Assembly (NCBI RefSeq): GCF_001194135.2
Contig: NC_068983.1
Coordinates: 14,608,794 to 14,672,793 of the forward strand
Direction: 5' to 3'
Length of the DNA stretch: 64,000 nucleotides
From: Octopus bimaculoides
Lineage: Eukaryota
Translations under genes and position numbers: made by a program
Shown here: positions 62,560 through 64,000 of the stretch, piece by piece
Layout of the letters: every line of letters begins with the position of its first letter
Numbering within the stretch: the first letter of the stretch is position 1
The notes under the pieces: generated by a model
What the model was told of the DNA's origin: nothing
Database searches by the model: none
What the model saw: only the letters and a program-made list of their open reading frames with translations

Positions 62560-63050
62560 TTTACTGAGTATAGTGGAAAGTGTCAGCTGTCTTCAGCCAG
62601 CAAACTAAGGTGACGCTTCTTTACTGATCATGCTTCAAAAACCCTGCGGAGAACTCTTGCAAGAGAACTCTTCCTGTTTCTTAAATATGTTCTGGGTGTT
62701 ACATTTTGACTAGGTCTCCTGCTGATTTTTCTAACAGCATCAACCAAAGGTTCCATCTACTGATTCACGCACTATCACCGTCTGTTTTCCTCAAAGACAA
62801 CGCAGATCATGCATCTTATGAGATTTCCTCCTCATTTGTTTCTAGGCACATCCAATCTATCGATATCGCTTTTAGGGTGAAGTTCCTTGTTCAACGTCAT
62901 CACTTTCTACATCCTCCTAAACAGAAACCTATTTATCTTGCTTCTAGTGGAGCATAAACATAATTCTCGATTGAAATCGTGGAGGGTTGGTATCAAAGAT
63001 TTTGTTGTGTTCATTGAATTATTGCCGCTTTTAAATCGACAAATTTTGTG
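62560..63050 (-). pseudogene. older, heavily decayed R4/Dong-clade ORF remnant (post-RT region)
   Basis: FNEHNKIF, KVMTLNKELHPKSDIDRLDVPRNK*GGNLI (LHPKSDVDRLY.PR..GGRGL motif), LKHDQ, WLKT in colinear order. Confidence 0.7.
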
Positions 63051-63161
63051 CGATTAAGCGAGGAAGTTCTTACTTCCAGCATTCTTAGATTTCAGATGTT
63101 TCTCTTATATTATATTGCATTTCTGAAACACTTGTCTTTATCTGGGCTCTCTTGTTTCTTT

Positions 63162-63799
63162 ATGCCTAGCGGAATTTCGTCCGTCTTTAGCTCCTGAGTT
63201 CAAATTCCGCCGAGCTCTACTTCCATTTTATTCATTTGCGGCATATAAAATAAGAATCAATCAAGCACAAAACTCAATGTAATCGTCTTCTTACTCCATG
63301 AAACACTGCTGGCGCTGTGCCAAAATTGAAAGCCGTTATTATTATTATTATTGTTATTGTTACGGCAGTGAGTTGGCAGAATCGTTAGCACGTCGGGCGA
63401 AATGCTTAGCGGTATTTCGTCTGCCGTTACGTTCTGAGTTCAAATTCCGCCGAGGTTGACTTTGCCTTTCATCCTTTCGGGGTCGATTAAATAAGTACCA
63501 GTGAAAATAATGGGGTCGATGTAATCGACTAGTCCCCTCCCCACAAAATTTCAAGGCCTTGTGCCTTCAGTAGAAAGGATAGTTATCATTACGGCGAATG
63601 TGGCGAGCTGGTAGAATCGTCAGCAGTATTTTGCCCGCCGCTACGTTCTGAGTTCAAATTCCGTCGAGGTCGACTTTGCCTTTCATGCTTTCGGGATCAA
63701 TTAAATAACTACCACTTATGCACTGGGGTTGATGTAATCGACTTAATCCTTTCCCCCAATTTCAGGCCTTGTGTTTCCAGTAGAAAATATTATTATTAT
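63162..63799 (+). mobile_element. head-to-tail array of three SINE family B copies (63162-63361, 63364-63590, 63601-63799)
   Basis: Each ends in an ATT-rich tail that is immediately followed by the next head. Confidence 0.9.
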
Positions 63800-64000
63800 G
63801 ACGTTTACCATTATTAGCCCGTGGGAATGGGAGAATTAGTTGCTGAGGTGTTAGAGTGGCAACATTTGATAATTTAGGGAACAAATCACTCAGGGTTTGT
63901 AGTCCTCTCCCAGATGGCAGGTATTGCGTTACAAAAAGTTCGACAGCTAGAGAATATGTACTTGTCTAATATGATCCACTCTTACTATCTCTAAAATCGT

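Overview
Eukaryotic, very AT-rich, microsatellite-dense draft-assembly DNA with 13 N-gaps. The tRNA-derived SINE families look like those of octopus (coleoid cephalopod); this is inferred from sequence recognition, not from a database search. No intact host protein-coding ORF, rRNA, true tRNA or CRISPR array is visible, and almost every entry in the ORF track is a microsatellite or N-run artefact. The window is a nested transposon graveyard. It holds at least five tRNA-SINE families (about 35 copies or fragments), fossil LINEs of three clades (CR1, L1/Tx1, R4/Dong), and fossil DNA transposons (Tigger/Jerky, maT/DD37D-like, mariner deletion derivatives and MITEs). Several features are absent from the ORF track. 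(i) Penelope-like LTR remnants beside (TA)n carry a minimal-hammerhead-ribozyme-like motif. (ii) A 150-210 bp TG...CA solo-LTR/TRIM-like family has 5-bp TSDs. (iii) A 151-bp foldback element is built from 21-bp subrepeats. (iv) A ~430-bp direct duplication brackets a Penelope-like fragment. (v) An R4/Dong element sits in the (ATT)n tail of a SINE. A host gene with large introns may run on the + strand from an ATG exon at 4337, but its exons are only weak splice-signal candidates.
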